Source of the DNA: Octopus sinensis
Taxonomy: Eukaryota
Direction of reading: 5' to 3'
NCBI RefSeq assembly: GCF_006345805.1
Contig: NC_042997.1
Coordinates: 194,122,001-194,186,000, forward strand
Length of the DNA stretch: 64,000 bases
Below the pieces are notes generated by a model. It made no database searches. It saw nothing but the letters and a program-made list of their open reading frames with translations, and was not told the origin of the DNA. Both the position numbers and the translations under genes were made by a program. Position 1 is the first letter of the stretch. Each line of letters opens with the position of its first letter. This document shows, one piece after another, positions 12,338-25,384 of this stretch.

Positions 12338-12915
12338 GAGAACTGGCTGAATCGTTAGCACGCCGGGCAAAATGCTTAGTGGCATTTTGTCTGCCGTTAC
12401 GTTCTGAGTTCAAATTCCGCCGAGGTCGACTTTGCCTTCCATCCTTTCGGGGTCGATAAATTAAGGACCAGTTACGCCCTGGGGTCGATGTAATCGACTT
12501 AATCCGTTTGTCTGTCCTTGTTTGTCCTCTCCGTGTTTAGCCCCCTGTGGGTAGTAAAGAAATATGCATTTCGTCTGCCGTTACGTTCTGAGTTCAAATT
12601 CCGCCGAGGTCGACTTTGCCTTTCATCCTCTCGGGGTCGATAAATTAAGTACCAGTTAGGCACTTGTGTCGATGTAATCGACTTAATCCGTTTGTCTGTC
12701 CTTGTTTGTCCTCTCTGTGTGTAGCCCTTTGTGGGTAGTAAAGAAATAGGTATTTCGTCTGTATTTACTTTCTGAGTTCAAATTCCGCCGAGGTTGACTT
12801 TGCCTTTGCATCCCATCGGAATCGATGAAATAAGTAGCAGTGGATCACTAGGATTATTGGAGGTCGATATAATCAACTTACTCCTTCCTTCGAAAATTGC
12901 TAGCTTTGTGCCTTG
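12338..12915 (+). mobile_element. SINE family A head-to-tail trimer
   Basis: One head, then three successive bodies each restarting at atttcgtctg...ttctgagttcaaattccgccgag. Confidence 0.9.
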
Positions 12916-13750
12916 AAACCAATAAAAGGCAAGCAAAATAGCCAAACCACGGCGAGAATGTTTTTTATCTTAAATCAGCTGGATCAGGTCTGACCCACTT
13001 CGAAAGCGTCTCAGCAAAAGCAATAACCATAATTAGCATTGTGTTGCTCCCCCCCCCCCTCTAACACAGTAATACTTTCAATAAAACATATGTACGATAA
13101 TACTTTTTACATCTCGTAACAGTCATACGTCAAACCCCTAATTGCTAATTAAGTCTATTTTTATCTTTACATTTAATGAGGTGTTTTGACATGAGATATT
13201 ATCATTGCTGACGTCATACACAAGGCTAAATTAAAATTATAATCCGATGTAATAATTAAACAAGATGTTTCCAGCACCTAAGTGTTAATTAACCAACATA
13301 AGTCCCTTAAGTGACACGAGATGATGTCCCATCTTGATCCCATATGGCAACTAGACGCATGCTTACAGTTACAAAACCGAACTTCATCTAAATCTCTCTG
13401 GAATTCGGCTGAATTAAATTTTACATTCCTCTTATCTGATAAGGAAGTACCAGTGATATCCTTGGGTTGACAGGAATGCAAAGAGGTGAAATAAGAGTCA
13501 TCGAATTCAGTCTGGCTGCTTTTTCTCTCTACAAAACGGGAAGTTACAATGCGCAACAGTCGTTTTAACGAATTGTATTTATTTATTTATCGCCCGAAGA
13601 GATGCATCTGCACCACCGAATGCTCCTGTCTTGAACCAGTTGTGGAGTGTCCCAGCCAAGAGGAATCGATGCTAGATTGCGGTGATTAATAATAAATTCT
13701 CGTATATTCCATCCTCCGTCTTTCATTTGCCATATATATAATATATATAT

Positions 13751-13975
13751 ACTCTTTACTCTTTTACTCTTTTACTTGTTTCAGTCATTTGACTGCGGCC
13801 ATGCTGGAGCACCGCCTTTAATCGAGCAACTCGACTCCGGGACTTATTCTTTTGTAAGCCCAGTACTTATTCTATCGGTCTTTTTTGCCGAACCGCTAAG
13901 TAACGGGGACATAAACACACCAGCATCAGTTGTCAAGCAATGCTAGGGGGACAAAAATAGACACACAACATACAC
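13751..13975 (-). mobile_element. SINE family B 3' half
   Basis: Reverse complement of ...gctccagcatggccgcagtcaaatgactgaaacaagtaaaagag tail, ending in (TA)n. Confidence 0.9.
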
Positions 13976-13976
13976 A

Positions 13977-14071
<95 letters not shown>

Positions 14072-14171
14072 ATCATATAGGGTGGTGAAAAAAAATTTTG
14101 TAGAATTCTTTTTGCCACCAGCGGCCTAGTGGGAAAAAATTAAATAGTCGTAGACCATTTTTAAGTTCAAC

Positions 14172-14216
14172 ATCAACAATCAAGGAACGGCCTATGGCCG
14201 TTCCTTGATTGTTGAT
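14172..14216. repeat. Perfect 21-bp hairpin with 3-nt loop
   Basis: atcaacaatcaaggaacggcc-tat-ggccgttccttgattgttgat. Confidence 0.95.
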
Positions 14217-14221
14217 ATATA

Positions 14222-14260
<39 letters not shown>

Positions 14261-14292
14261 TACGACGGGATTCTTTATATATTATATATATA

Positions 14293-14660
14293 CTTTTTAA
14301 CTTTTACTTGTTTCAGTCATTTGACTGTGGCCATGCTGGAGCACCACCTTTAGTCGAACAAATCGACCCCAGGATTTATTCTATCGGTCTCTTTTTGCCG
14401 AACCGCTAAGTTACGGGGACGTAAACACACCAGCATCGGTTGTCAAGCGATGTTGGGGTGACAAACATATACACACACACATACATGTTATATACACATA
14501 TATGCGACGGGCTTCTTTCAGTTTCCGTTTACCAAATCCACTCACAAGGCTTTGGTCGGCTCGAGGCTATAGTAGAAGACACTTGCCCAAGGTGTCACGC
14601 AGTGGGACTGAACTCAGAACCATGTGGTTGGTAAGCAAGCTACTTACCACACACTCACTG
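14293..14660 (-). mobile_element. Full-length SINE family B
   Basis: Complete reverse-complement copy with internal CA/TA microsatellite. Confidence 0.92.
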
Positions 14661-14763
14661 CTGCGCCTAGAAATATATATATATATATATATAGTTGACT
14701 CTTCTCAGAACATCATCATTCTGAGTGAAAAGCAGTAGATGAGTTGATCAGTAGTATGAATAT

Positions 14764-14963
14764 TAGTTTCAAATTTTGGCACAAGGCCAGCAATTTCGGG
14801 AGAGGGTGTAAGTGGATTACATCGACCTCAGTGCACGACTGGTACTTATTTGTCGATTCCGGAAGGATGAAAGGCATAGCCAGTGACCTCGGCGGTATTT
14901 GAACTCAGAACGTAAAGACGGACGAAATACCGCTAAGCTCGACGTGCTAACGATTCTGCCAGC
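14764..14963 (-). mobile_element. SINE family A running into the gap
   Basis: Reverse complement of family A; the head is cut by Ns. Confidence 0.85.
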
Positions 14964-15063
14964 NNNNNNNNNNNNNNNNNNNNNNNNNNNNNNNNNNNNN
15001 NNNNNNNNNNNNNNNNNNNNNNNNNNNNNNNNNNNNNNNNNNNNNNNNNNNNNNNNNNNNNNN
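14964..15063. other. Assembly gap (exactly 100 N)
   Basis: A run of 100 N, typical of an unsized scaffold join; a different SINE is broken on each side. Confidence 0.99.
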
Positions 15064-15215
15064 TACGTCCCCGTAACTTAGCGATTCGGCAAAAGAACCG
15101 ATAGAATATGTACTAGGCTAGCAAAATATAAGACCTGGGGGTCAATTTGTTCGACAAAAAGGCGTTGCTCCAGCATGGCCGCAGTCAAATGACTGAAACA
15201 AGTAAAAGAATGAAA
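15064..15215 (+). mobile_element. SINE family B 3' end
   Basis: tacgtccccgtaacttagcg...gactgaaacaagtaaaagaa. Confidence 0.88.
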
Positions 15216-16265
15216 GAATAAAAGAATATGTCAGTCTGTGTGTGTGTGTGTGTATGTGTGTGTAGATGTATGCATATATGTTACTGTATGTGCATGTTTT
15301 TTTTTCCTTTAGGGCTTTATTCAAGTTTCTTTTGCAAAATTCAAGCTGATGAATTAGGGACAAGGCACTTTTGTTTCAATCAAGGCGTTTCTTGGGGTTT
15401 CCGGATATCTGAATTTGTTGATGTATGCATACACGTACACACACACACGTATATGCGTATGCGTGTACATATATGTGTGACCTGATAAACTTGCACTTTT
15501 GCAGTATGTGTGAATGTGACGTAAGTACACGAGTGTGCTTCACTATTGCTTATGTGCTCGTGTGTTGTGTGTGTGTGTGTGTGTGTACATTTGTGTATAT
15601 CTGGTCAATTGTGTTTACATCATATTAATTGTAATGTTCCGCTACCTTTCTATAACTTTTGAGGCGTGCATACAGTCTAGTTCTCTTTTGGCTTTACCAT
15701 CAGGAGAAGTCCTTCCTTCGTATGGCATTGTAGATGGTTTTAACGACAATCTCGTCTCATGGGAAAGCAATATCTTCAGAACCTTCGGAACAGCTACTAG
15801 GGATATGGGCAATGGCGGCACATGTGTAGGCCCTGCGAAACTGCAGCACCCGCCATTTCCACTCGATATTATCGATAACATTCAATATAATGAGTCCTTT
15901 TTTTCATTAATTCTTTCTTTATACTTGTACATTATATAATCCTTAAGCTTAATGTCAGTAGCCATCCTCTAGTTTATGAAAAAAAGTACAAAAATCCTTG
16001 TATAGAACTGTGCGCTTCACAGTTCCAGCGACGTGGTGTCTGGCTGTTGTGCGCATGCTTAGATGTCCGAGATAGGAAGCTGCACGCTAGGGAGAGAGAG
16101 CAGTGTTTCACGCAGTGCCGACCCTGATGTGCTGGTGAAAGGTAGTGTTTCTTTTGACTCCGCGTGTTGTGCTTAAAAACGTGTTTATATTCTTGAATGT
16201 GATAAAGTGTAGAATTAGATTATTATCCTGCTTCTGTTATATATGTTATTCTAAATATAAATAAT

Positions 16266-16622
16266 AACAAGAGCACACAGAGAGCGCAAACCTCCGCCAA
16301 AGCAAAACCAACGTCCTCTCAATGATTAGCGGAGATGATTTTTAAAATGAGAATATCTGAAATAAACTCGATTGCTCTCACAAACGAGAATACTAAAAAT
16401 GAACCCGACCGCTCTCAAAAATTAAGTAAAAAAAATATTAAAAAAAAACAGGAAAATAGTACAGAATCCTTGTCCGATACGAGATTGATCCCAAAATCTA
16501 ATCAGTTCGTGGCAGTCATGAGGCCAAACATCTCTGAAAGTTTCATTTGAATCCATCTAACGGTTCTTGAGATATCTTGTCCACGGACAAACAAACGCGA
16601 CTGAAACAATACTTCTGCCTTC
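16266..16622 (+). mobile_element. Helitron/Helentron-like non-autonomous element
   Basis: Starts aacaagagcacacagagagcgcaaacctccgcc and ends acggacaaacaaacgcgactgaaacaatac, a layout I recall from invertebrate rolling-circle derivatives. Confidence 0.55.
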
Positions 16623-16729
16623 ACTAATCATAAAATAAATTTAATTTTTCAAAATGAAACAAAACAGTAAGATGGAAAATAATATTTATTCCATATATTC
16701 CCACTTATTTATATTCGATAAGTTTTCTC

Positions 16730-17135
16730 CTACATTTTTTTAATTGCAAAAATGTCTTTGATCAGATCCTCACCATGACACCATGAACTCTTCGAAATTA
16801 CATTTCCGATCGTATAAACCACTTCAAATATTATTTTAGCAAGTTTAAAGTGATTTCTTTTGTACCGTAAACCATTTACCATTTCCGTGATGTCTCCATC
16901 CCATTTCCCTTGATATCCTAAGCACGTTCTTACATTACTTAGTGGATAATCCAGCACTGCTTACAGGTCGTGTGGATTAATCTTATGCCGCTGCTTCCAG
17001 CTCTCTCTTTAACGCAGATTCTGTCAGTGTCGCTGCTGATGTGGAATTTACCAGTAGTTGTTAGTATCTTGCTTGGTTTGATATAAACGGGAAATTTTAA
17101 TAACAAGTGTCTGAATAGATTCCGCCTATACAATG
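16730..17135 (-). mobile_element. L1-clade ORF2 C-terminal remnant
   Basis: Degenerate frames ...GKFHISSDTDRIC...CKQCWII and ...KLAKIIFEVVYTI resemble the L1/Tx1 cysteine-rich C-terminus. Confidence 0.45.
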
Positions 17136-17537
17136 TCGTCTAAGACAGCGATTCTCAAACTGACAAATACCAACATTTTGTTCTCAATTCACTTTCTTTG
17201 TTAATGGGAAGAAAAAATAGAGTTTGTCGTTCTATGTATTGTCCCCTCTGTGGTGTCCTGTCTGTCCTTGTTTGTCCCACTCTAAGTTTGGGCTCTTGTG
17301 AGTAATAAAGAAACCGAGAAGGAAAAATAGAGTTTGTATCTATATAATTCTTCTCTCAAAGTTTTGGTGTGGACAAGTTTAGAAAGTTTAAAATAATCGT
17401 AATTTTTTTTTATTCAACCCGAAAGGGATCTGGGACTCGGGGTTCGTTTTCTTCATGGATTACTCTGGAATGGTTTTGGGTTCGTGTGAACATTTTGGAA
17501 AATTGTTTTTAAAACAAGCGTCTACATACACACACAC

Positions 17538-17596
<59 letters not shown>

Positions 17597-17698
17597 ATAT
17601 AATATATATATATATATATATATCAAATCAAGGAACGGCCATAATAGGCCATTCACCCACTAGAAATAACAGCCAAAGCTTCAACCGCAAAATACATC

Positions 17699-17957
17699 AA
17701 TAGTTATCGCCATACACTAATATGGCATTCTTATAAAATAAGAATAAAGCTGTCCGCTTATTAGCTCCATGAGTCCACGCCTTAAGTTAGCTATTGATAC
17801 CAAACTGTATCCATATAACCTCCCTTGTTCGAAGGTTATATGGATACAGTTTGTGTATCAAATAGCTAACTTAAGGCGATGGCCTCATGGAGCTAATAAG
17901 CGGACAGCTTTATTCTTATTTTTATAAGAATGCCATATTAGTATGGCGATAACTATT
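17699..17957. mobile_element. 259-bp near-perfect palindrome (foldback MITE)
   Basis: About 123-bp arms around an 11-nt loop cccttgttcga (17822-17832); only a few indels or mismatches. Confidence 0.92.
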
Positions 17958-18004
17958 AATTTTCCAGGAACTAGCCTGCCGTGTTCTCTATATATATATA
18001 ATTA

Positions 18005-18111
<107 letters not shown>

Positions 18112-18578
18112 CATATAATATTTACATGCGTACACACTTGCACACACAAACACACAAACATATTTACTTATTCATATACATATCTATACATATATACATA
18201 CATACATGCACATTCATATATATGAAGGTATATCTGCATATACATATACATATGATCTGTATACATGCACATGTATGTGCGTGTGTACGCGTGTGTGTAT
18301 GCAAGCGTGCGCGTGTGTGCTAGTGAGTATGAGAATGTTTGTGTGTGTGTTTGTGTGTATTTATAATGGTTCCGCATGTCGAGACTTTGTCAGCGGGAGG
18401 GAAAACCTTATGTGTTTTTTCTGTGTATATTGATGTAGTTTTAGTAAATTAAGAACCGACATTTGTAGCGTTACTAAACTACTTTGGTTAGAACAGGATT
18501 AAGTCCACCCGACACCCTTAGTACAACTTAACAATGGTACTTCCGTGACCCGTCCATTGTCAAAACAGAATAACCATA

Positions 18579-18975
18579 AGGTGGCAAGCTGGCAGAAACG
18601 TTAGCACGCCGGGCGAAATGCTAAGCGGTATTTCGTCTGCCGTTACGTTCTGAGTTCAAATTCCGCCGAGGTCGACTTTGCCTTTCATCCTTTCGGGGTC
18701 GATTAAATAAGTACCAGTTACGCACTGGTGTCGATATAATCGACTTAATCCGTTTGTCTGTCCTTGTTTGTCCCCTCTATGTTTAGCCCCTTGTGGGTAG
18801 TAAAGAAATAGGTATTTCGTCTGTCTTTGCGTTCTGAGTTCAAATTCCGACGAGGTCGACTTTGCGTTTCATTTTTCCGGGAATGATAAATTAGATACCA
18901 GTTGTGTACTGAGATCGATCTAATCAACTAGCCCCTCTCCAAAAATTTTGGGCCTTGTGCCTAGAGTAGAAAAAA
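18579..18975 (+). mobile_element. SINE family A dimer
   Basis: Head plus body 1 with the gtttgtctgtcc tail, then body 2 with the aaaattttgggccttgtgcctagag tail. Confidence 0.9.
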
Positions 18976-19214
18976 ATAGAATAGTCATCACTACATCAGA
19001 CCAGACCCTACAGCTAAATCATATAAAACATGTTTCTTTTTATATTTCATTTTATTTATTTAACCGTAAATAACAGTTAGCAGTAAATGAAATAACATAA
19101 ATAAATAAACAATATATGTGTGTGTTTGCGTGTGTACGTGTGTGTGTGTGGTGTGTGTGTGTGTAGTTATGTCTGTGGTGCGGTGTGGTGTGATGTGGTG
19201 TGATGTGTGTGTAT

Positions 19215-19730
19215 GGACTATGTTACCAGTGAAGAGGTTCTGCTCCGGGCCGGACTGCCCTGCATTTAATCTACCCTGGCACGACACTGCCCTCGCCGGT
19301 CGGCACACATCATATGAATGCCCAAACGCGCCTCCCTTGTCAACGCATCTTTGCGAAGGTGGCTTCAGGCACCAGCCTACGCGGATCCCCCAGATTCCGT
19401 TTCCGAGACCAGCCCAAAGCTACTCTCCTCCGTTGCTCCATTGATCTAAATACCTGGGAGACAATCACCAATGATCGTCCAAAGTGGCAGCATGTCACCA
19501 TCAAGGGAACGGACCGGGTGGAAAATAGCAGGCGTCAAATGCCAGAGATCTGACGTCAAAGACTCAAAGAGCAATTCACACTTCCTTGTTCCTCGCCAAT
19601 CCTCTCCTGTGATAAATATCCCTAGCTCTTGTATGCCGTCCTTGACCTGAACAGCCACTTCAGACACTTCAGGATGAAGAGACTATATCACTCGCTACTG
19701 AATAACTACTCGGATACGAGTTAATGCCGA
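19215..19730 (+). mobile_element. RTE-clade LINE 3' fragment
   Basis: DYVTSEEVLLRAGLP...RLPCQRIFAKVASGTSLRGSPRFRFRDQPKATLLRCSIDLNTWETITNDRPKW matches the RTE/BovB ORF C-terminus. Confidence 0.85.
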
Positions 19731-19751
19731 CGAAGATATGTATGTGTATAT

Positions 19752-20130
19752 TACTCTTTTACTTGTGTCAGTCATTTGACTGTGGCCATGCTGGAGCACC
19801 GCCTTTAGTCGAGCACATCGTCCCCATGGCTTATTTTTTGTAAGCCTAGTACTTATTCTATTGGTCTCTTTTGCCGAACTGCTAAGTTACGGAGACGTAA
19901 ACACACCAGCATCGGTTGTCAAGCGATGTTGGAGGGACAAACACAGACACACATATATATACATATATACGACGGTCTTCTTCCAGTTTCCGTCTGCCAA
20001 ATCCACTCACACGGCTTTGGTCGGCCCGAGGCTATAGTAGAAGACACTTGCCCAAGGTGCCACGCAGTGGGACTGAACCCGGAACCATGTAGTTCTTAAG
20101 TAAGCTACTTACCACACAGCCACTCCTACG

Positions 20131-20132
<2 letters not shown>
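19752..20132 (-). mobile_element. Full-length SINE family B
   Basis: Complete reverse-complement copy. Confidence 0.92.
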
Positions 20133-20201
<69 letters not shown>

Positions 20202-20205
<4 letters not shown>

Positions 20206-20640
20206 CAAACCACTATTTTGTAAAACAAACAAGGAAAGACTTAATAATACATAAAATTTTAATAAATAGAAAAAACCGCCACTACAATTGTTTCATGTCC
20301 TCAATGACAATCTTCAGGTGGATTTCCGATCTAAAATATCAATACATTAAAATATAATTTTAAATAATTTTTAAATAATAAAAAATATAAATATATAATC
20401 TATATATAACCTATATATAGTCCATATATAATCAATATATAATCTAAAATCAACCCTATCAACAATTAAATATAAAACAAAAAGATAAATAAACTATATA
20501 TACACACATACGCATACACTTATAACTAAGTTTTGTTTTACAAAATAGTGGTTTTGTCTCTAATATTATATAATATTTTACTATAAAATTGGATTTAATC
20601 CTAAATCTGATTTTTTTCCCTGTAAATTTGGATTTATTTT
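20202..20640 (-). mobile_element. Penelope-like terminal repeat remnant with inverted partial copy
   Basis: Contains the hammerhead motif; aaaccactattttgtaaaacaaac (~20209) recurs inverted at ~20530-20555. Confidence 0.6.
20279..20321 (-). ncRNA. Minimal type I hammerhead ribozyme candidate
   Basis: CCAC-CUGAAGA-uUGUCauugagGACAu-GAA-ACAAUUGU-A-GUGG: 4-bp stem I, intact core, 4-bp stem II, palindromic stem III, GUA triplet. Confidence 0.7.
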
Positions 20641-20656
20641 ATTAATATTTATTAAT

Positions 20657-20741
<85 letters not shown>

Positions 20742-20879
20742 ATACAAAAATAAGAAAATGGAGGAATACACTTTAATCAATAATCAACTACCAGATAATA
20801 CCCATTATATAATGGACAGTTTCGACGTATGAGGCTCCGACAACGTACTCTTTCCCTGTCAGCCATACTGCTTTTGTTG

Positions 20880-21335
20880 AATGTGGCATTTAAGTCCCGC
20901 CAACGATTTGCAAAGAAAGCCACAGATGTCGCAAGTATAAGGATTACAGGTGGTATATTTGCAGCCGCTTTTCTCCTTCGCCTTGTACCCCGAAGCCTGT
21001 TAATGCTGGTTGCAACAAAGATTTTAATGCCATTTTGACACATTTTGTTCGCTCAAAGGTGTTGTAAACTATCTTCATTTCTAAGAGGTTATTCTTCAGT
21101 TTGTCCCTATATATGAGCCATGGTCGACCAACATTCTTATGCCCACTCTCAAGCTGGCTGTACATGAAGTCTTTGGGTATTTTTTTCGTCACTCATTCTG
21201 ACAACATGACCAGCCCAGCGCAATTGTGATTGCATAAGGAAGCTCTCATTTCCACCAATTTTACACTTGCTAAACAGGTCGGCATTAGAAACTCTGTCTG
21301 TTCGTGAATAACCGAAGATTGTCCCCAGACAGCCA
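20880..21335 (-). mobile_element. RTE-clade LINE 3' fragment
   Basis: KIPKDFMYSQLESGHKNVGRPWLIYRDKLKNNL matches the RTE C-terminal motif. Confidence 0.85.
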
Positions 21336-22310
21336 TTGTGGAAAATATCTTGTTGGTTGATATATCAACAAGGAGAAATGGTAAAAGAAGCAAATTTTTA
21401 ACACTAACCAACGAGGGAAAAACTGTACTAATTTGTCGTTTGTATCATGGTAAATCCGGCACAAAATAAAATTTTTGTGGTCCCTCTCTTTCCTTGAAAC
21501 CCTAAATATATTATTTTATTTGACAGTTAATCCGGCCCTAACTTTCGTTTCGATTATACCTGTGTATGCGTAATGCTCAACCCCACCCAGACCTTGAGTT
21601 TGCCAACAAATTTACATAAAGTACATTCATGAGTTGATCTCTGTGGCGTTGGAGTGTTTAACTAAAAAACCGTGTTAATTTGTTTCTTATCAGTAGTCTA
21701 GAATTTGAAATGTATCTCTTGGCTGGGGTAAATCTTTCTTACAAGCAAAGTTCCAATATTTGTCAGATTAAGAGTGGGAAAACACTACAAAACAACAGCT
21801 ACTCTGGAGTCTGCCTTCATGAGACTCTGTAATTTTAGCAAGCTTCTTACCACACAGCCACGCATGCGTCTATAAAGATTATTATCTCGAGCATTTCATT
21901 ATTTGCTTTGTTTATGATTCAAACCCATGTTATTTTTATGAGGTTTTGCTAGCGTTCAGTATAATAATAACATTATATTCACACACGACAACTGATTATT
22001 CCTTGAAAAGATCTTTGGTGTGTTTTAAGGATTAAACATTTAGATTCTCTTCTGTAATAACGTCATGTCTCCAAACGGAAATACGTATAATCGTTCCGAC
22101 AAGTTATACACATTTTGACAAACGACTCGGGTAACGTATACTTCCTATAGTCTTCTCAATTTAAATAAATAAATAAATAAATTGCCACAGATGTTTTCCG
22201 AGCGCTGCAACCTACACGTAAATACGATCTGAGTCAGCGAGTACAAATGCGTACATGTATATGTATATACATACAAACATGCACACAACACACATATTGC
22301 ATGTGTATAT

Positions 22311-22341
<31 letters not shown>

Positions 22342-22483
22342 TATATTATATATATATATATATATACATACATAAATTATATATATATGTACATATAGTG
22401 TAATATATATATATATATATATATTTTATATTTATATATATATACATAAATATATATACATGTACATATATGTGTAAATATAT

Positions 22484-22530
<47 letters not shown>

Positions 22531-22581
22531 TATATTATATATATATAATATATCTATAATATATATATATAATATATATAT

Positions 22582-22620
<39 letters not shown>

Positions 22621-22938
22621 TACACACACATGCGCACATAATATAGGCCTCTTTGAATATATATTATTTATATACATATATAAACATACCAACGTGTTTA
22701 TATAATCTCTCTCTATATATATATAGATATGTATATGCACACACATACACACACAGTTGTACACATGTGTGTGTAAAGATATACTAAAGTATTTGACACA
22801 AAGAAAATAAGACGGGTTTATATACATGCATTAAAATAAATACTACTAGTCCTTTGTTAAAAGTGAATACACGGAGAAGATATTGTAGCTGCTTCTAGGA
22901 AATACATACATACGTGCATGCATGTATATATATATGTC

Positions 22939-22978
<40 letters not shown>

Positions 22979-23209
22979 GCATATACACTTCCAGAAATAT
23001 GCACACATACATACAGAAGACTGCCTAATAAATAGTGTTATACAATACTTTAGATTTATTTAAAGAGTTGTATGCTGTAATTCTTTGTCCGAGAGGGCTC
23101 AGCTTGTTATTTCAAATGTCAAGTATTTTGATGAATGTGTACAGGGGGGTGGGGGGGGCGTGTTGTGTGTCGATATGTCTCTGTTTGTGCGATAGAGATG
23201 GATATATAT

Positions 23210-23254
<45 letters not shown>

Positions 23255-23363
23255 CAGACAGGCAGACAGACAGACAGAAAGACAGACAGACAGAAAGACA
23301 GACAGACAGATACATACATACATAGACAGACAGGCAGGCTGGCAGGCAGACAGAGAGACAGAC

Positions 23364-23429
<66 letters not shown>

Positions 23430-23687
23430 CATTTGGTAGACGGAAACTGAAAGAAGCCCGTCGTATATATGTATATATATGCGTGTGTGTTTGTGTGTCC
23501 GTGTTTGTCCCCCCCCCAACATCGCTTGACAACCGATGCTGGTGTGTTTACGTCCCCGTAACTTAGCGGTTCGGCAAAAGAGACCGATAGAATAAGTACT
23601 ACGCTTACAAAGATTTGCTCGACTAAAGGCGCTGCTCCAGCATGGCCACAGTCAAATGACTGAAACAAAAAAAAAGAGTAAAAGAGT
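23430..23687 (+). mobile_element. 5'-truncated SINE family B after a (GATA/GACA)n array
   Basis: Matches the family B middle and tail. Confidence 0.9.
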
Positions 23688-24355
23688 AAGATAGCTTCAA
23701 ACACTCCCCGGTTATGTCGACTTGACAGCATTCTGTCTTCCTGTTTCGTCTCCATTACTACGCTTCACATCAGAGTCTAGAAGTCTAACATTCTAAAGTA
23801 TCTTCCCACCTATGTTTTCCCTATAAACATTGACTTGCTGGTGATTAGCCTAAATATGAATCCCCCATCAATCTCATTTGTCTGAGTATACCTTGCAACC
23901 GTTACTGGTATTGTCTTTCCTCTCCTATCATCTAATCCATTTCCCCCCATAAATCTTTTACCTTCTGCTTTGTCATTCTGTGGTGATCGGCGCCAAACAA
24001 GAGGTGGCCTCCCAGTAAATCTTGAAACTGTTATACTTAATTTACGTCGCTAATGTCAAATTGGAAAGTAAGATATAAACGATTTTTTTTTGTTATCGCC
24101 TGAAATATAGGAAGTTTAAGCTTAGAATCTCTCGTTTCGTTAGCTTTTAATCTTATTGGTTTGTCAGATAAATTCGTGAGTGTTTTTTTCTGGAGTTTTT
24201 GTTTGTTGTAACGAATTTGTCTGACAATTTAATTAGGCAATTTAACTGCCAGTTTGGTGTAATTAAATCATATAGAAATTAATCATTTAACACTAGGAAT
24301 TGTACTGAGTACAGTGGTTTTTAAACTGAGCAATGCAAACACCTTCACTAGGAAA

Positions 24356-24752
24356 GTGGCTGTGTGGTAAGTAGCTTACTTACCAACAACATGGTTCCGA
24401 GTTCAGTCCCACTGCGTGGCACCTTGGGCAAGTGTCTTCTACTATAGCCTCGGGCCGACCAAAGCCTTGTGAGTGGATTTGGTAGACGGAAACTGAAAGA
24501 AGCCCGTCGTATATATTTATATATATATATGTGTGTGTGTTTGTGTGTCCGTGTTTGTCTCCCCAACATCGCTTAACAACCAATGCTGGTGTGTTTACGT
24601 CCCCATTACTTAGCGGTTCGGCAAAAGAGACCGATAGAATAAGTACTAGGCTTCCAAAGAATAAGTTCTGAAGTCGATTTGCTCGACCAAAGGCGATGGT
24701 GCTCCAGCATGGCCGCAATCAAATGACTGAAACAAGTAAAAGAGTCAAAGAG
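24356..24752 (+). mobile_element. Full-length SINE family B
   Basis: Head gtggctgtgtggtaagtagc, B box gagttcagtccc, tail aagtaaaagag. Confidence 0.92.
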
Positions 24753-25116
24753 TAACGAAATCGTTTTACCCCACTCCAGTTCCTTTTTCGTTAATGAGAG
24801 GTCAAGATAGAGTTTGCACCTATATTATTCATCTTTCTTTGCTATGGGGCTGGACAAACTTGAAAAAAGGGTTCTATGATCAGAATTTGGTTTAATGTGT
24901 GAATATGTTCGCTCTCCCTTTTTTTCAATCTTCGCAGTCCAGCCCCGCTCCACACCGAGAGCCCTTCCCCACCACCATACGAAAAACACTGGCTTAGAAG
25001 ACATCTGTCGAAATACCTAAATTCTTCCCCTCCAAAAAGAAAATAAGCAAAATTATAATGAGTTCTTGGGAAAATGTTGTTGCTGTTGCTGTTGTTGTTG
25101 CTGCTGCTGCTGCTGC

Positions 25117-25153
<37 letters not shown>

Positions 25154-25384
25154 GATGATGATGATTATGATGATGATGATGATGTTGTTCGTGTTGGTGC
25201 TGCTGCTGTTGTTGTTTTATCGCTCAGTCGCTGGTCAACTTTCATTCGGCACACAAACTCGCAGACGAACAAAAGGCGTTTCAACCGTGACCATTCCATC
25301 CTTTATTCTTTATAGACTTAGTGTACCTAGGACTACATAATCCAATGTATTACGTTGTATTTATGTATTTTATCTTTCATCTTT

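Noticed and set aside
15630-15900. Open frames on both strands in unique sequence
   Set aside because: No recognisable motif and weak splice signals
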